Below, piece after piece: positions 26,816 through 36,109 of a DNA stretch of 64,000 nucleotides; the stretch's first letter is position 1; every line of letters starts with the position of its first letter. The position numbers and the translations under genes are program-made. Source of the stretch: Mycobacteriales bacterium (lineage in GTDB: Bacteria > Actinomycetota > Actinomycetes > Mycobacteriales > SCTD01); assembly GCA_046593875.1 (NCBI GenBank), contig JBKJQQ010000241.1, forward strand, positions 18,455-82,454, written 5' to 3'. Under the pieces are notes generated by a model. The model was given only the letters and a program-made list of their open reading frames with translations. It did not search any database and was not told the DNA's origin.

Positions 26816-27727
26816 GTGCCCGGACAGCTGACCCTGCTCGACACCCCGTCGCTCTGGTACCGCGCGTTCCACGGGGTGCCCGAGTCCGTCACGGCGCCTG
26901 ACGGCACGCCGGTCAACCTGGTGCGCGGCACGATCGACCTGGTCGCCCGCATCGTGAAGGACACCCGGCCGGCCCGGTTGGTGGCGTGCCTGGACAACGA
27001 CTGGCGGCCGGCGTTCCGGGTCGCGGCGATCCCGTCGTACAAGGCGCACCGGCTCACCGAGAACGGCGCGGAGGCCGAGCCGGAGAGCCTGCCGCAGCAG
27101 GTCGGCGTCCTGCTCGAGGTGCTCGAGGCCGTCGGCATCGTGACCGCCGGCGTGGACGGCTACGAGGCCGACGACGTGCTCGGCACCCTGTCCGCGCGCG
27201 AGAGCGGTGCGGTCGACGTCGTGACCGGGGACCGCGACATGTTTCAGCTCGTCCGCGACGACGGTCCGGTGCGGGTGCTCTACACGGTCGAGAAGATGAA
27301 GCCCTACACGCCGGGGACGGTCGCGGAGAAGTACGGCATCCCCGGCACGGCCTACGCGGAGTACGCCGTCCTGCGTGGCGACCCGTCCGACGGACTGTCG
27401 GGGGTGAAGGGCGTCGGCGACAAGACGGCCGCTGCTCTGGTGCGCCGCTTCGGCAGCGTCCAGGGCATCCTGGCCGCACTCGACGCCGGCGAGGAGGACG
27501 GCTTCCCGGCCGGCGCCCGCGCCAAGCTCGAGGCCGCGCGCGACTACCTCGCCGTCGGACCAGCGGTCACGCACGCCGTGCGTGACCTGCCGGTGCCCGC
27601 GCTGGACGACGCACTCCCCCGCGTCCCGCGCGACCCCGCCCGGGTGGTCGAGCTGAGCGACCGCTGGGGGCTGGACAGCTCGCTTGACCGGCTGCTCAAG
27701 GCCTTCGAGATCGCGTACGCGGGCTAG
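26816..27727 (+). CDS. 5'-3' exonuclease (Pol I-type flap endonuclease)
   Basis: LLDTPSLWYRAFHG, SYKAHR, YEADDVLGT, VTGDRDMFQL, PSDGLSGVKGVGDKTAAAL. In-frame GTG 26816. Confidence 0.85.
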   Translation: MPGQLTLLDTPSLWYRAFHGVPESVTAPDGTPVNLVRGTIDLVARIVKDTRPARLVACLDNDWRPAFRVAAIPSYKAHRLTENGAEAEPESLPQQVGVLLEVLEAVGIVTAGVDGYEADDVLGTLSARESGAVDVVTGDRDMFQLVRDDGPVRVLYTVEKMKPYTPGTVAEKYGIPGTAYAEYAVLRGDPSDGLSGVKGVGDKTAAALVRRFGSVQGILAALDAGEEDGFPAGARAKLEAARDYLAVGPAVTHAVRDLPVPALDDALPRVPRDPARVVELSDRWGLDSSLDRLLKAFEIAYAG

Positions 27728-28860
27728 CCGCCCTGGTGGAACGCGCCGGCGTCGTCCGGGGGTGTCGGGTCCATCGCGTCCCGCAGCCAGTGCTCGGGGA
27801 GCACGACGTGGCGGGGGCCCTGCACGTGGCCGCGCGGCAGCAGCTCCGACCCTGACGGCAGCTCGGCCGCAGGGTCGAGCGCGTCGAGCAGGTCGTCCAG
27901 CTCAGCGAGGGACGACGCCATGGCCAGCCGCTTGCGGGCGCTGCCGCCGACCGGGTAGCCGGTCATGTACCACCCGGTGTGCCGGCGGAAGTCGCGCACC
28001 GCGAAGCCCTCGTCACCTCGGGCCTCGACCAGCATGCGTGCGTGCTGCTTCATCACCGGGACCACCTCGCCGACGGGCGGCGGTGCCTGAGGCGTGCGGC
28101 CCTCGAAGACGTCGGCGAGGTCGCGGAACAGCCACGGCTTGCCCAGGCACCCGCGCCCGACGACGACGCCGTCGCAGCCGGTCTGCTCCATCATCCGCAG
28201 CGCGTCGGTGGCCGCCCAGATGTCGCCGTTGCCCAGAACCGGCACGTGCGCGAGCGCGGCCTTGAGCTCGCCGATCGCGTCCCAGTCGGCGCGTCCGCTG
28301 TAGAACTGCTCGGCCGTGCGGGCGTGCAGCGCGACGGCGGCGGCGCCCTCGTCCTGCGCCCGGCGGCCGGCCTCGAGGTAGGTCAGGTGCTGGTCGTCGA
28401 TGCCCTTGCGCATCTTGACGGTGACGGGCACGTGGCCGGCGGCACGGACCGCGGCGCGGACCAGGCTGCCGAACAGCACCGGGTGGGCGGGCAGTGCGGA
28501 GCCCCCGCCGCGACGGGTGACCTTCGGGGACGGGCAGCCGACGTTCAGGTCGACGTGGTCCACGCCGTCCTCGTCGACGAGCTTGCGCACCGCCGCCGCG
28601 ACGATGTCGGGATTGGTCGCGTAGAGCTGGATGCTCCGCACGGTCTCGTCGGCCCCGAAGGACGCGCGGCGGTTCGTCGTCTCGTTGACCTCGAGAAGCG
28701 CTCGTGCGGAGACCATCTCGCTCACGTAGAGCCCCGCGCCGTACGACCGGCAGAGCGAGCGGTAGGCGGCGTTCGTGACGCCGGCCATCGGCGCGAGGAC
28801 GACCGGCAGGTCGACGGTCAGCGGGCCGATGCGCAGGCCCGGGTGGAGAGCGGTGGTCAT
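27724..28860 (-). CDS. dus: tRNA-dihydrouridine synthase
   Basis: LAPMAGVTNAAYR, DLNVGCPSPKV, VTVKMRKG, LHARTAEQFYSGRADW, VVVGRGCLGKPW. Confidence 0.9.
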   Translation of the reverse strand: MTTALHPGLRIGPLTVDLPVVLAPMAGVTNAAYRSLCRSYGAGLYVSEMVSARALLEVNETTNRRASFGADETVRSIQLYATNPDIVAAAVRKLVDEDGVDHVDLNVGCPSPKVTRRGGGSALPAHPVLFGSLVRAAVRAAGHVPVTVKMRKGIDDQHLTYLEAGRRAQDEGAAAVALHARTAEQFYSGRADWDAIGELKAALAHVPVLGNGDIWAATDALRMMEQTGCDGVVVGRGCLGKPWLFRDLADVFEGRTPQAPPPVGEVVPVMKQHARMLVEARGDEGFAVRDFRRHTGWYMTGYPVGGSARKRLAMASSLAELDDLLDALDPAAELPSGSELLPRGHVQGPRHVVLPEHWLRDAMDPTPPDDAGAFHQGG

Positions 28861-29453
28861 GTCCAGAGCTCGGTGATCTGCACGTCGAGCTCGGCGAGCA
28901 GGTCGCGCAGCAGCGGCAGCGACAGCCCGATCACGTTGCCGGGGTCGCCGTCGATGCCGTCGAGGAACGGCGCCGAGCGGCCGTCGAGGGTGAACGCGCC
29001 GGCGACGTGCAGCGGCTCACCGCTCGCGACGTAAGCGTCGACCTCGGCGTCGCTGGGGGTGCCGAAGCGGACCGTCGTCGCGGCCACCGCGGCAGCCAGT
29101 CGCCCGGTAGGCACGTCGACGACGCAGTGCCCGGTGAGCAGGGTGCCGGTCTGCCCGCGCATGTGCTTCCAGCGCTCGGTCGCGTCGGCGGCGTCCCGCG
29201 GCTTGCCCAGCACCTCGCCACTCAGCTCCAGCATGGAGTCGCAGCCGACGACCAGCTCGCCACCGGACAGGGTCGCAGCCACCGCCTCGGTCTTGAGGAC
29301 GGCGAGCTGCAGCACCAGCGCCTGTGCGTCGTCGGCGCGTACGCCGTCCTCGTCGACCCCGCTGACGACCACGCGCGGGTCGAGACCGGCGTCGCGCAGC
29401 AGGCGCAGGCGCGCTGGCGAGGCGCTGGCCAGCACGAGCGGACGGGTCGTCAC
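28857..29453 (-). CDS. maf: Maf-like nucleoside-triphosphate pyrophosphatase
   Basis: LVLASASPARLRLL, VVGCDS, GKPRDA and AGAFTLDG. It has a 4-nt overlap with dus. Confidence 0.85.
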   Translation of the reverse strand: MTTRPLVLASASPARLRLLRDAGLDPRVVVSGVDEDGVRADDAQALVLQLAVLKTEAVAATLSGGELVVGCDSMLELSGEVLGKPRDAADATERWKHMRGQTGTLLTGHCVVDVPTGRLAAAVAATTVRFGTPSDAEVDAYVASGEPLHVAGAFTLDGRSAPFLDGIDGDPGNVIGLSLPLLRDLLAELDVQITELWT

Positions 29454-29493
29454 GCGCGAGAACGCTACCGGCGCGTGCCTGCCCTCCCCGTGA

Positions 29494-32229
29494 TCAGGTG
29501 ACGCTGCTGTAGGCCACGACCCCGCGGCGGACCGCGTCGATGGCCTGCCGCGTCGTGCGCCGCAGGTCGGCGCCGCGCGGCGACAGGTCCTCGGCCACCA
29601 GCGCGATCTGCCCGAGCAGGTCGACGATCTGCTTGCACCAGCGGACGAAGTCGCCGGCCGTCATGTCGGGGTCGTCCTGCAGCACCTGCTCCAGGGTGGC
29701 CCCGCCGGCCCAGCGCCAGGTCGCCCAGGCGAAGCCGTTGTCGGGCTGGCGCAGGAACTGCACGCCCGCTTCGGACTCGACGTCCGCGAGCGACCGCCAC
29801 AGCGCCTCCATCTCCTTCAGCGCCGCCTGCACCGGCCCGGACGGCACCAGCGGGTTGGACTCGTCGGCGCGCCGCGCGCTGTAGACCAGCGTCGACACGA
29901 CGGCGGCCAGCTCGGCGGGCGAGAGCGCGTCCCACAGCCCCTGCCGCAGGCTCTCGACGGCCAGCAGGTCCGACTCGCTGTAGACGCGGGACAGCGACGC
30001 CCCGGCCGCGGCGACCTGCTCGCCGTGGAGGTAGCCGAGCTCGTCGAGCACCGCGCAGACGCGGTCGAAGGTGCGGGCGATCGAGGAGGTCTTGCCCGAG
30101 ACGCGCCGCTCGAGCTTGTCGGTCTCCTCGCGCAGCCGGTGCCACCGCTCGGCCCAGCGCATGTGCGCCTCGCGGTCGTCGCAGCCGTGCACCGGGTGGC
30201 GTCGCAGGGCGACCCGGAGCGCGGTGAGCTGCGCGTCGTCGGCGGCCGCAGACCTTCGGCGACCCCGCTCCGCGGAGGGCAGGTCGAGGGCGCGCAGCGA
30301 GGACGCGAGGTCCCTGCGAGCCTGCGGGGACCGGGCGTTGAAGCCCTTCGGCACCTTGACCCGACCGAGCGGCTCGATCGCCTGCGAGAAGTCCGCCGAC
30401 GACAACCGGCCGGCCCAGCGGTCCTCGGTGACGACCATCGGGTGCGCGTCGCCGTCGCGTCCAAGACCCGGGTCGAGCACGACGGCGAGGCCCGACCGCC
30501 GTCCGGTCGGCACCCGGATCACGTCCCCGGCCTTGAGCTGCTCCAGCGACGCGGCCGCGGCAGCCCGGCGCTGCGTCGCGCCGCTGCGGGCCATGTCGGT
30601 CTCGCGGGCCTTGAGCGAGGCCCGGAGCCCGGAGTACTCGGACGCGTCGCCGAGGTGGCAGGTCATCGCATCGCGGTAGCCCTCGAGCCCCTCGAGGTTG
30701 CGGCTGATCTGGCGGGCCAGCCCGACGACGGACGCGTCGGCCTGGAACTGCGCGAACGAGCTCTCCAGCAGCACCCGCGCCTGCTCGCGGCCGAGCGAGC
30801 CGACCAGGTTGACGGCCATGTTGTACGAGGGCCGGAACGACGACCGCAGCGGATAGGTGCGGGTCGACGCGAGGCCGGCGACCTGGCGCGGGTCCATGCC
30901 CGGCTGCCAGAGGACGACGGCGTGGCCCTCGACGTCGATCCCGCGCCGGCCGGCCCGGCCGGTCAGCTGGGTGTACTCCCCCGGGGTCACGTCGGCGTGC
31001 GTCTCGCCGTTCCACTTGGTGAGCTTCTCGAGCACCACCGAGCGGGCCGGCATGTTGATGCCGAGCGCGAGCGTCTCGGTCGCGAAGACGGCCTTGACCA
31101 GCCCGGTCGTGAACAGCTCCTCCACGACCTCCTTGAAGGTCGGCAGCATCCCGGCGTGGTGGGCGGCGATGCCGCGCTGCAGGCCCTCGAGCCAGTCCCA
31201 GTAGCCGAGCACCCGCAGGTCCTCGCGCGGGATCGACGCGGTCTTGCGCTCGACGATGACGCGCACCCGCTCGGCGTCCTCGGCGGTGTTCAGGCGCAGT
31301 CCCGAGCGCAGGCACTGCTCGACCGCGGCGGCGCAGCCGGCCCGGCTGAAGATGAAGGTGATGGCCGGCAGCAGTCCCTGGCTGTCCAGCCGCGTGAGCA
31401 CGTCCGGCCTGGACACCACCGGGCGGCGGGTCTGTGGGCGGGCCCCTCGGCCGCCCCGCGACGGCAGCCGCCCCTCGTCGCGGGCCAGCCGCTCGAGCTG
31501 GGGGTTGACCTCGCGACCCTCGCCCACCACCTGTCCGTCGCCGACGAAGAGGTCGTAGAGCCGGGTGCCGACCAGCACGTGCTGCCACAGCGGCACCGGG
31601 CGGTGCTCCTCGACGACGACCTCGGTGTCGCCGCGCACGGTCCCGAGCCACTCGCCGAACTCCTCGGCGTTGCTGACGGTCGCCGACAGCGAGGTGACCT
31701 GCACCGCCTCCGGGAGGTGGATGATCACCTCCTCCCAGACGGCACCGCGCTCGCGGTCGGCCAGGTAGTGCACCTCGTCCATGACGACGTGCGCGAGCCC
31801 GCGCAACCGGTCCGCGCCGCCGGGCTGCGCGGCGGCGTACAGCATGTTGCGCAGCACCTCGGTCGTCATGACGACGACGTCGGCGTCCCCGTTGACCGCG
31901 TTGTCGCCGGTGAGCAGGCCGACCCGGTCTGCGCCGTGGCGCTCAGCCAGGTCGTGGAACTTCTGGTTCGACAGCGCCTTGATCGGCGTCGTGTAGAAGC
32001 ACTTCTGCCCCGACCGCAGCGCCAGGTGCACGGCGAACTCACCGACGACGGTCTTGCCCGCCCCGGTGGGCGCCGCGACCAGCACCCCGCGACCGGCTTC
32101 GAGGGCCGCGCAGGCCGTGCGCTGGAAGGCGTCCAGCCCGAACGGGTAGCCGACCTCGAAATCCGCCAGCGCTGCGCCGACCTGGCCCTGCCGGAAGGCC
32201 GCGTAGCGCTCGGCGGGCGAGGGGCTCAC
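29494..32229 (-). CDS. helY: Ski2-like DEAD/DEAH-box RNA helicase HelY
   Basis: APTGAGKT, MDEVHYL, SATV, TETLALGINMPA and TGRAGRRG, plus a long C-terminal arch/DSHCT-like region. It lies next to tatC as in mycobacteria. Confidence 0.9.
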   Translation of the reverse strand: MSPSPAERYAAFRQGQVGAALADFEVGYPFGLDAFQRTACAALEAGRGVLVAAPTGAGKTVVGEFAVHLALRSGQKCFYTTPIKALSNQKFHDLAERHGADRVGLLTGDNAVNGDADVVVMTTEVLRNMLYAAAQPGGADRLRGLAHVVMDEVHYLADRERGAVWEEVIIHLPEAVQVTSLSATVSNAEEFGEWLGTVRGDTEVVVEEHRPVPLWQHVLVGTRLYDLFVGDGQVVGEGREVNPQLERLARDEGRLPSRGGRGARPQTRRPVVSRPDVLTRLDSQGLLPAITFIFSRAGCAAAVEQCLRSGLRLNTAEDAERVRVIVERKTASIPREDLRVLGYWDWLEGLQRGIAAHHAGMLPTFKEVVEELFTTGLVKAVFATETLALGINMPARSVVLEKLTKWNGETHADVTPGEYTQLTGRAGRRGIDVEGHAVVLWQPGMDPRQVAGLASTRTYPLRSSFRPSYNMAVNLVGSLGREQARVLLESSFAQFQADASVVGLARQISRNLEGLEGYRDAMTCHLGDASEYSGLRASLKARETDMARSGATQRRAAAAASLEQLKAGDVIRVPTGRRSGLAVVLDPGLGRDGDAHPMVVTEDRWAGRLSSADFSQAIEPLGRVKVPKGFNARSPQARRDLASSLRALDLPSAERGRRRSAAADDAQLTALRVALRRHPVHGCDDREAHMRWAERWHRLREETDKLERRVSGKTSSIARTFDRVCAVLDELGYLHGEQVAAAGASLSRVYSESDLLAVESLRQGLWDALSPAELAAVVSTLVYSARRADESNPLVPSGPVQAALKEMEALWRSLADVESEAGVQFLRQPDNGFAWATWRWAGGATLEQVLQDDPDMTAGDFVRWCKQIVDLLGQIALVAEDLSPRGADLRRTTRQAIDAVRRGVVAYSSVT

Positions 32230-32265
32230 CTGCGCAGGCTACGTCGCAGGAGGCGGCCTGACGCG

Positions 32266-33141
32266 CTAGAGCGCCGAGGGCCTGTCGTCGACGTAGGAGG
32301 TCTCGTCGTCGCCGAGCTGCTCGAGCTCCTGGGTACCCGGCTCGACCGCGCGGCGGCGCCGGACGGCCCGCTCGCGGACCCGGGAGATGACGATGCAGCC
32401 CTCGTACAGCGCGTAGAGCGGCAAGGCCATCGCCATGAAGGTGAAGGGGTCCTGCGACGGGGTCAGGACGGCGGACGCGACGGCGATGCCGACGACCATC
32501 CCGCGCCGCCAGGAGCGCATCTTCGCCGAGGGGAACAGCCCGGTGACGTTCAGGAACAGCACGATCACCGGGAACAGGAAGGCGATCCCGAAGGCGAGCA
32601 GCGTGAGCGTCACGAAGGACAGGTAGCTCTGGATCGAGGGCAGCGTGACGATGCCGTCGCCGCCGAAGGACAGCAGGAACTGGAGGCCGCGGCTGATGGT
32701 CAGGTAGGCGAAGACGGTGCCGATCGAGAACAGCACCAGGGCCGCGCCGAGGAAGGCCGCGGCGTACCGCTTCTCCTTGCGGTGCAGGGCGGGCGTGATG
32801 AACGCGCCGAGCTGGTAGAGCCACACCGGCGCGGACAGGATCACGGCGGCGATCAGCGAGATGCGCAAGGAGACCGAGAACTGCTCGAAGGTGCCGAAGG
32901 CGAACAGCTCGCACTGGTTGCCCGAGGCGCGCGAGGCCTCGCGGGCGACCTCGGTCTGGCAGTACGGCCGCTTGAGCAGGTCGAAGATGCTCTCGCGCGC
33001 CAGCAGGGCGCCGACGGCGCAGACGGCGAGCGCGAGCAGCGAGATGCCGAGCCGGTTGCGCAGCTCGCGCAGGTGCTCGACCAGGGCCATCCGGCCGTCC
33101 GGTGGCCGCGCGACCTTCCGGTTCCTGGGGAGGTCCGCCAC
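32266..33141 (-). CDS. tatC: twin-arginine translocase subunit TatC
   Basis: MALVEHLRELRNRL, six TM segments, LTPSQDPFT. Confidence 0.9.
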   Translation of the reverse strand: MADLPRNRKVARPPDGRMALVEHLRELRNRLGISLLALAVCAVGALLARESIFDLLKRPYCQTEVAREASRASGNQCELFAFGTFEQFSVSLRISLIAAVILSAPVWLYQLGAFITPALHRKEKRYAAAFLGAALVLFSIGTVFAYLTISRGLQFLLSFGGDGIVTLPSIQSYLSFVTLTLLAFGIAFLFPVIVLFLNVTGLFPSAKMRSWRRGMVVGIAVASAVLTPSQDPFTFMAMALPLYALYEGCIVISRVRERAVRRRRAVEPGTQELEQLGDDETSYVDDRPSAL

Positions 33142-33390
33142 CTAGGGCTGGCGCGGCTGCGTGGGGTCGTCGACGACGGGCGGCAGCGGCTCCTGGCGGG
33201 CGGTCACGGTCGTGTCGGCGATCCGGTCGCTGTCGGACGTGTCGTCATCGCGCAGACCCTTGGTCTCGGCCTTGAAGATGCGCAGCGAGCGGCCGAGCGA
33301 GCGCGAGGCGTCAGGCAGCCGCTTGGCGCCGAACAGGACCATGATCACGATGACGACCAGGACCAGCTCCCAGCCTCCTGGCAACGACAC
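33142..33390 (-). CDS. tatA: twin-arginine translocase subunit TatA
   Basis: GTG 33390 is preceded by AGAGGAG. Sequence [42 protein letters not shown]. Confidence 0.85.
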   Translation of the reverse strand: MSLPGGWELVLVVIVIMVLFGAKRLPDASRSLGRSLRIFKAETKGLRDDDTSDSDRIADTTVTARQEPLPPVVDDPTQPRQP

Positions 33391-33455
33391 GGTGGTGCTC
33401 CTCTGCGCGTGGACGACAGGTTCGAGCGTACGCCGCACACGTGAACGACGGGCGT

Positions 33456-33701
33456 CTAGCGGGCAGCCGCCTCGCGCAGGAGCTTGGCCTGGACGGGGGT
33501 GCCGCACGTCGGGCAGGGCTTGACCTCGAGTGGTCCGCCGACACGGGCGTCGACCACGGCCTGCTGGACCTGGGCGGCGGTCTCACCGGCCTCGGCGACC
33601 TGCCCGCTGAGCCGCTTCACGCGCCGCCACAGCGAGAGCAGCGTCAGGCCGAGCGCGACCAGGCAGACGAGCAGCAGGAGGGACAGCAGCAGCCAGAACA
33701 C
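33456..33701 (-). CDS. small membrane-anchored protein with a C-terminal CPTCG motif
   Basis: [25 protein letters not shown] is the TM segment, and the protein ends ...[16 protein letters not shown] recognise no family. Confidence 0.4.
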   Translation of the reverse strand: MFWLLLSLLLLVCLVALGLTLLSLWRRVKRLSGQVAEAGETAAQVQQAVVDARVGGPLEVKPCPTCGTPVQAKLLREAAAR

Positions 33702-33729
33702 GCGGCCGACAGTAGGGGACGGCGAGCGC

Positions 33730-34062
33730 TCAGGTGCGGACGGAGGCTCCGGCAGCGGCGGCGAGCAGGTCGGTCGAGCCCAGGTGCAGGGCGAAGTCCA
33801 GCAGGTCGTCGTACGACAGGCGCGGGCCCTCCTTGGGCTCCAGCGCCTCGCCCGGGATGTCCCAGACGCGGGCCGGGACGCCGCCGGAGACCAGCAGCGA
33901 CACGACGTGGTCGTCGGCGGGCTTGCGGACCTCGTCGTGGCAGCCGGGGCAGGAGAACGCGTAGTACGACAGCGGCGCGTGGCTGCAGACCATGAGGGAA
34001 ACGTCGGCGGGGGTCAGCTCGACTTCGCCGCAGGTGGGGCAGGACGCCTTGATGGTGGTCAT
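33730..34062 (-). CDS. small zinc-ribbon-like protein (110 aa)
   Basis: ATG 34062 is preceded by GAGGGAG. Two Cys pairs: CPTCG ... CPGCH. Confidence 0.5.
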   Translation of the reverse strand: MTTIKASCPTCGEVELTPADVSLMVCSHAPLSYYAFSCPGCHDEVRKPADDHVVSLLVSGGVPARVWDIPGEALEPKEGPRLSYDDLLDFALHLGSTDLLAAAAGASVRT

Positions 34063-34185
34063 GGCCACGATCTCCCTCGTCGGTCGTCGCGTTGTGCGAC
34101 TACAACGGCTTCGGCAGACCCCCCCGGATGCTTGACCCCGTTCGAGTGTGATCACTCAGAGTGATGACGGGTACGGCCGGACGGC

Positions 34186-35133
34186 TCAGTCGGCGTAGGC
34201 CGCCAGGGCCAGTGCGGCGTCCGCGCGGACCGCGTCGGCCAGGTCGGCAGGTGCCAGGACGCGTCCCTGGTCCCCCAGCCGCAGCGCCAACCGGCGCACC
34301 CAGGAGGTGTCCCGCGCCCTCAAGCGGACCGTCAGGCCGCCGTCCGGGGCCTCGACGACCGACTCGCAGGGGTGGTAGTCCGCGACCCACGCCGCACCGG
34401 GGCGGAGGGCGAGCGTGACCAGCAGGTCGTCCGGGCCGGGGCGGAAGAGCCCCTGCGCGAGGTCGCGCGGCGCGGCGTCGTGCGGAGGTTCTGCCGGCAC
34501 GTCCAGCAGCTGCACCTCGGCGACGCGGTCCAGCCGGAACAGCCGCACCCCCTCGACCCGACGGCACCAGGCCTCCAGGTAGCTGCGCCCCTCGACGAGC
34601 AGCAGCCGCATCGGGTCGACGTCGCGCTCGGTCGTCTCGTCGCGCGCGGGGACGTAGTAGGACAGGTGCAGGCGGAGCCCCTGCTCCAGGGCGCTCTGGA
34701 CCACGGGCAGGACCCGCGCCTCGCCCTCCACCGAGATCTCGACGCGGGTGGCAGGGGCCGCGGCCGTGCCTGCGGCCTGCTCGACCTTGGCCAGGGCGCG
34801 GTCGACGGCGTCCCGCGCGTCCAGGCCGGGCGTCTCGGCCAGGGTGCGGAGCGCGACGATGAGCGCCAGCGCCTCGTCGACGGTCAGCCGCAGCGGCCGG
34901 GTGACGCCGGCCGGCTCGAGCAGGGTGACGGTGTCCCCCTCGAACTCCACGTCGATGAGGTCGCCCGGGCCGTGGCCGGGCAGCCCGCACACCCACAGCA
35001 GGTTGAGGTCCTTGCGCAGCCGCTCCTCGCTGATCCCGAAGTCCTGGGCCACCTCGGCCACGCGCACCCCGGGACGGGCCAGGAGGTACGGCACCAGCGC
35101 CAGCAGGCGGGGCAGCTGCCCGGTGGTGCTCAC
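34186..35133 (-). CDS. pafC: WYL-domain transcriptional regulator PafC
   Basis: HTH region (LPRLLALVPYLLARPGVRVAEVAQDFGISEERLRKDL) plus a WYL-like region (SYLEAWC). The GTG 35133 overlaps the pafB stop. Its position upstream of tatA matches the known pafBC-tatAC order. Confidence 0.8.
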   Translation of the reverse strand: MSTTGQLPRLLALVPYLLARPGVRVAEVAQDFGISEERLRKDLNLLWVCGLPGHGPGDLIDVEFEGDTVTLLEPAGVTRPLRLTVDEALALIVALRTLAETPGLDARDAVDRALAKVEQAAGTAAAPATRVEISVEGEARVLPVVQSALEQGLRLHLSYYVPARDETTERDVDPMRLLLVEGRSYLEAWCRRVEGVRLFRLDRVAEVQLLDVPAEPPHDAAPRDLAQGLFRPGPDDLLVTLALRPGAAWVADYHPCESVVEAPDGGLTVRLRARDTSWVRRLALRLGDQGRVLAPADLADAVRADAALALAAYAD

Positions 35134-36086
35134 GACGCGAGCCCCTGCAAGCGGCGTACGACGGCCGCGCGCGCGGCGGGCGGGGCCAGCACGACGGCGT
35201 CCGCGCCGAAGCCGGCCACCCGGTCGGCCAGGCGCTCGGGGTCGGAGAAGCCGACGTCGACGACGGTCCACCCCTGCCGGTCCGGGTCGTCCGCGGTCGC
35301 GGTCGCCTGGCGGCGCAGCTCCCACCCCGAGCCGGGACGCAGCGACACCTGCGCGGTCTCGCGGGGCTCCTCGGTCGCCATCCGGCCGGCCATCGCGCGC
35401 AGGTCGACGCCCTCGGGCGGGACGACCGCGCCGACCTCACCGACGCCCTGGACCGTCCCGACGATGCGCGACAGCCGGAAGACCCGCTCGGCGCCCCGGT
35501 CGGTGTCGTGGCCGACGAGGTACCAGCGGCCGCGCCAGGACACGACGCCCCACGGCTCGACGTGCCGCCGCTGCGGTGCGGCCACCCCGCTGGCCCGGTA
35601 GTCGAACTGGACGGCCTGCGCGTCCTGGACCGCGCGCAGGGCGCTCTCGAACGCCGGCTCCGACGCGCCGACCCGCGGCTCCAGGGCGGCGGCGGCGCGG
35701 ACGGGCTCCACGCCCGCAGCGCGGAGCTTCAGCAGGGCGGTGCCGGTCGCGGCGGCGAGCGGCGCCGACTGCCACAGCCGCGCGGCCAGCCCGAGCGCGG
35801 CGGCCTCGTCCGGCTCGAGCGCGATCGGCGGCAGCTCGTAGTCGCGGCGGGCGATCCGGTAGCCCGGCTCGTCGTCGTGGGCGGAGGTGTTGCTGCCGGT
35901 CTCGAGCGGGATGCCGAGCTCGCGGAGCTCCTCCTTGTCGCGCTCGAACATCCGGCGGAAGGACTCCTCGGTGTCCTGCTCGTAGCCGGGTACGGCCGTG
36001 CGGATCTCCTGCACGGACAGGTAGCGGCGGGTGTGGAGCAGGCAGATGACCAGGTTCAGCAGCCGCTCGGTCTTCTTCGCCGACAT
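35130..36086 (-). CDS. pafB: WYL-domain transcriptional regulator PafB
   Basis: MSAKKTERLLNLVICLLHTRRYLSVQEIR (HTH) and RGRWYLVGHD (WYL). Confidence 0.8.
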   Translation of the reverse strand: MSAKKTERLLNLVICLLHTRRYLSVQEIRTAVPGYEQDTEESFRRMFERDKEELRELGIPLETGSNTSAHDDEPGYRIARRDYELPPIALEPDEAAALGLAARLWQSAPLAAATGTALLKLRAAGVEPVRAAAALEPRVGASEPAFESALRAVQDAQAVQFDYRASGVAAPQRRHVEPWGVVSWRGRWYLVGHDTDRGAERVFRLSRIVGTVQGVGEVGAVVPPEGVDLRAMAGRMATEEPRETAQVSLRPGSGWELRRQATATADDPDRQGWTVVDVGFSDPERLADRVAGFGADAVVLAPPAARAAVVRRLQGLAS

Positions 36087-36093
36087 CGGGTCG

Positions 36094-36103
36094 ACGTTAG
36101 CCT
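36094..36103. promoter_or_regulatory. overlapping back-to-back -10-like hexamers in the 23-bp pafB / DUF3866 intergenic region
   Basis: Plus strand: TAGCCT (36098..36103) is 6 nt before ATG 36110. Minus strand: TAACGT (36094..36099) is 7 nt before ATG 36086. Both fit TAnnnT, and the spacing implies leaderless mRNAs. Confidence 0.35.
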
Positions 36104-36109
36104 GCGGCC

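Noticed and set aside
30025-33444. 1139-aa plus-strand ORF
   Set aside because: It is antisense to helY, tatC and tatA, which have clear helicase and Tat motifs. Its composition is Arg/Gly/Asp-rich with no motifs.
34100-34185. LexA-box-like half-site (TCGAAC) and a TGATCA-centred repeat upstream of the zinc-ribbon gene
   Set aside because: The second half-site (GTTCGA at the N4 spacing) is absent, since the sequence reads TCGAACGGGGTCAAGC, so it is not an actinobacterial SOS box.
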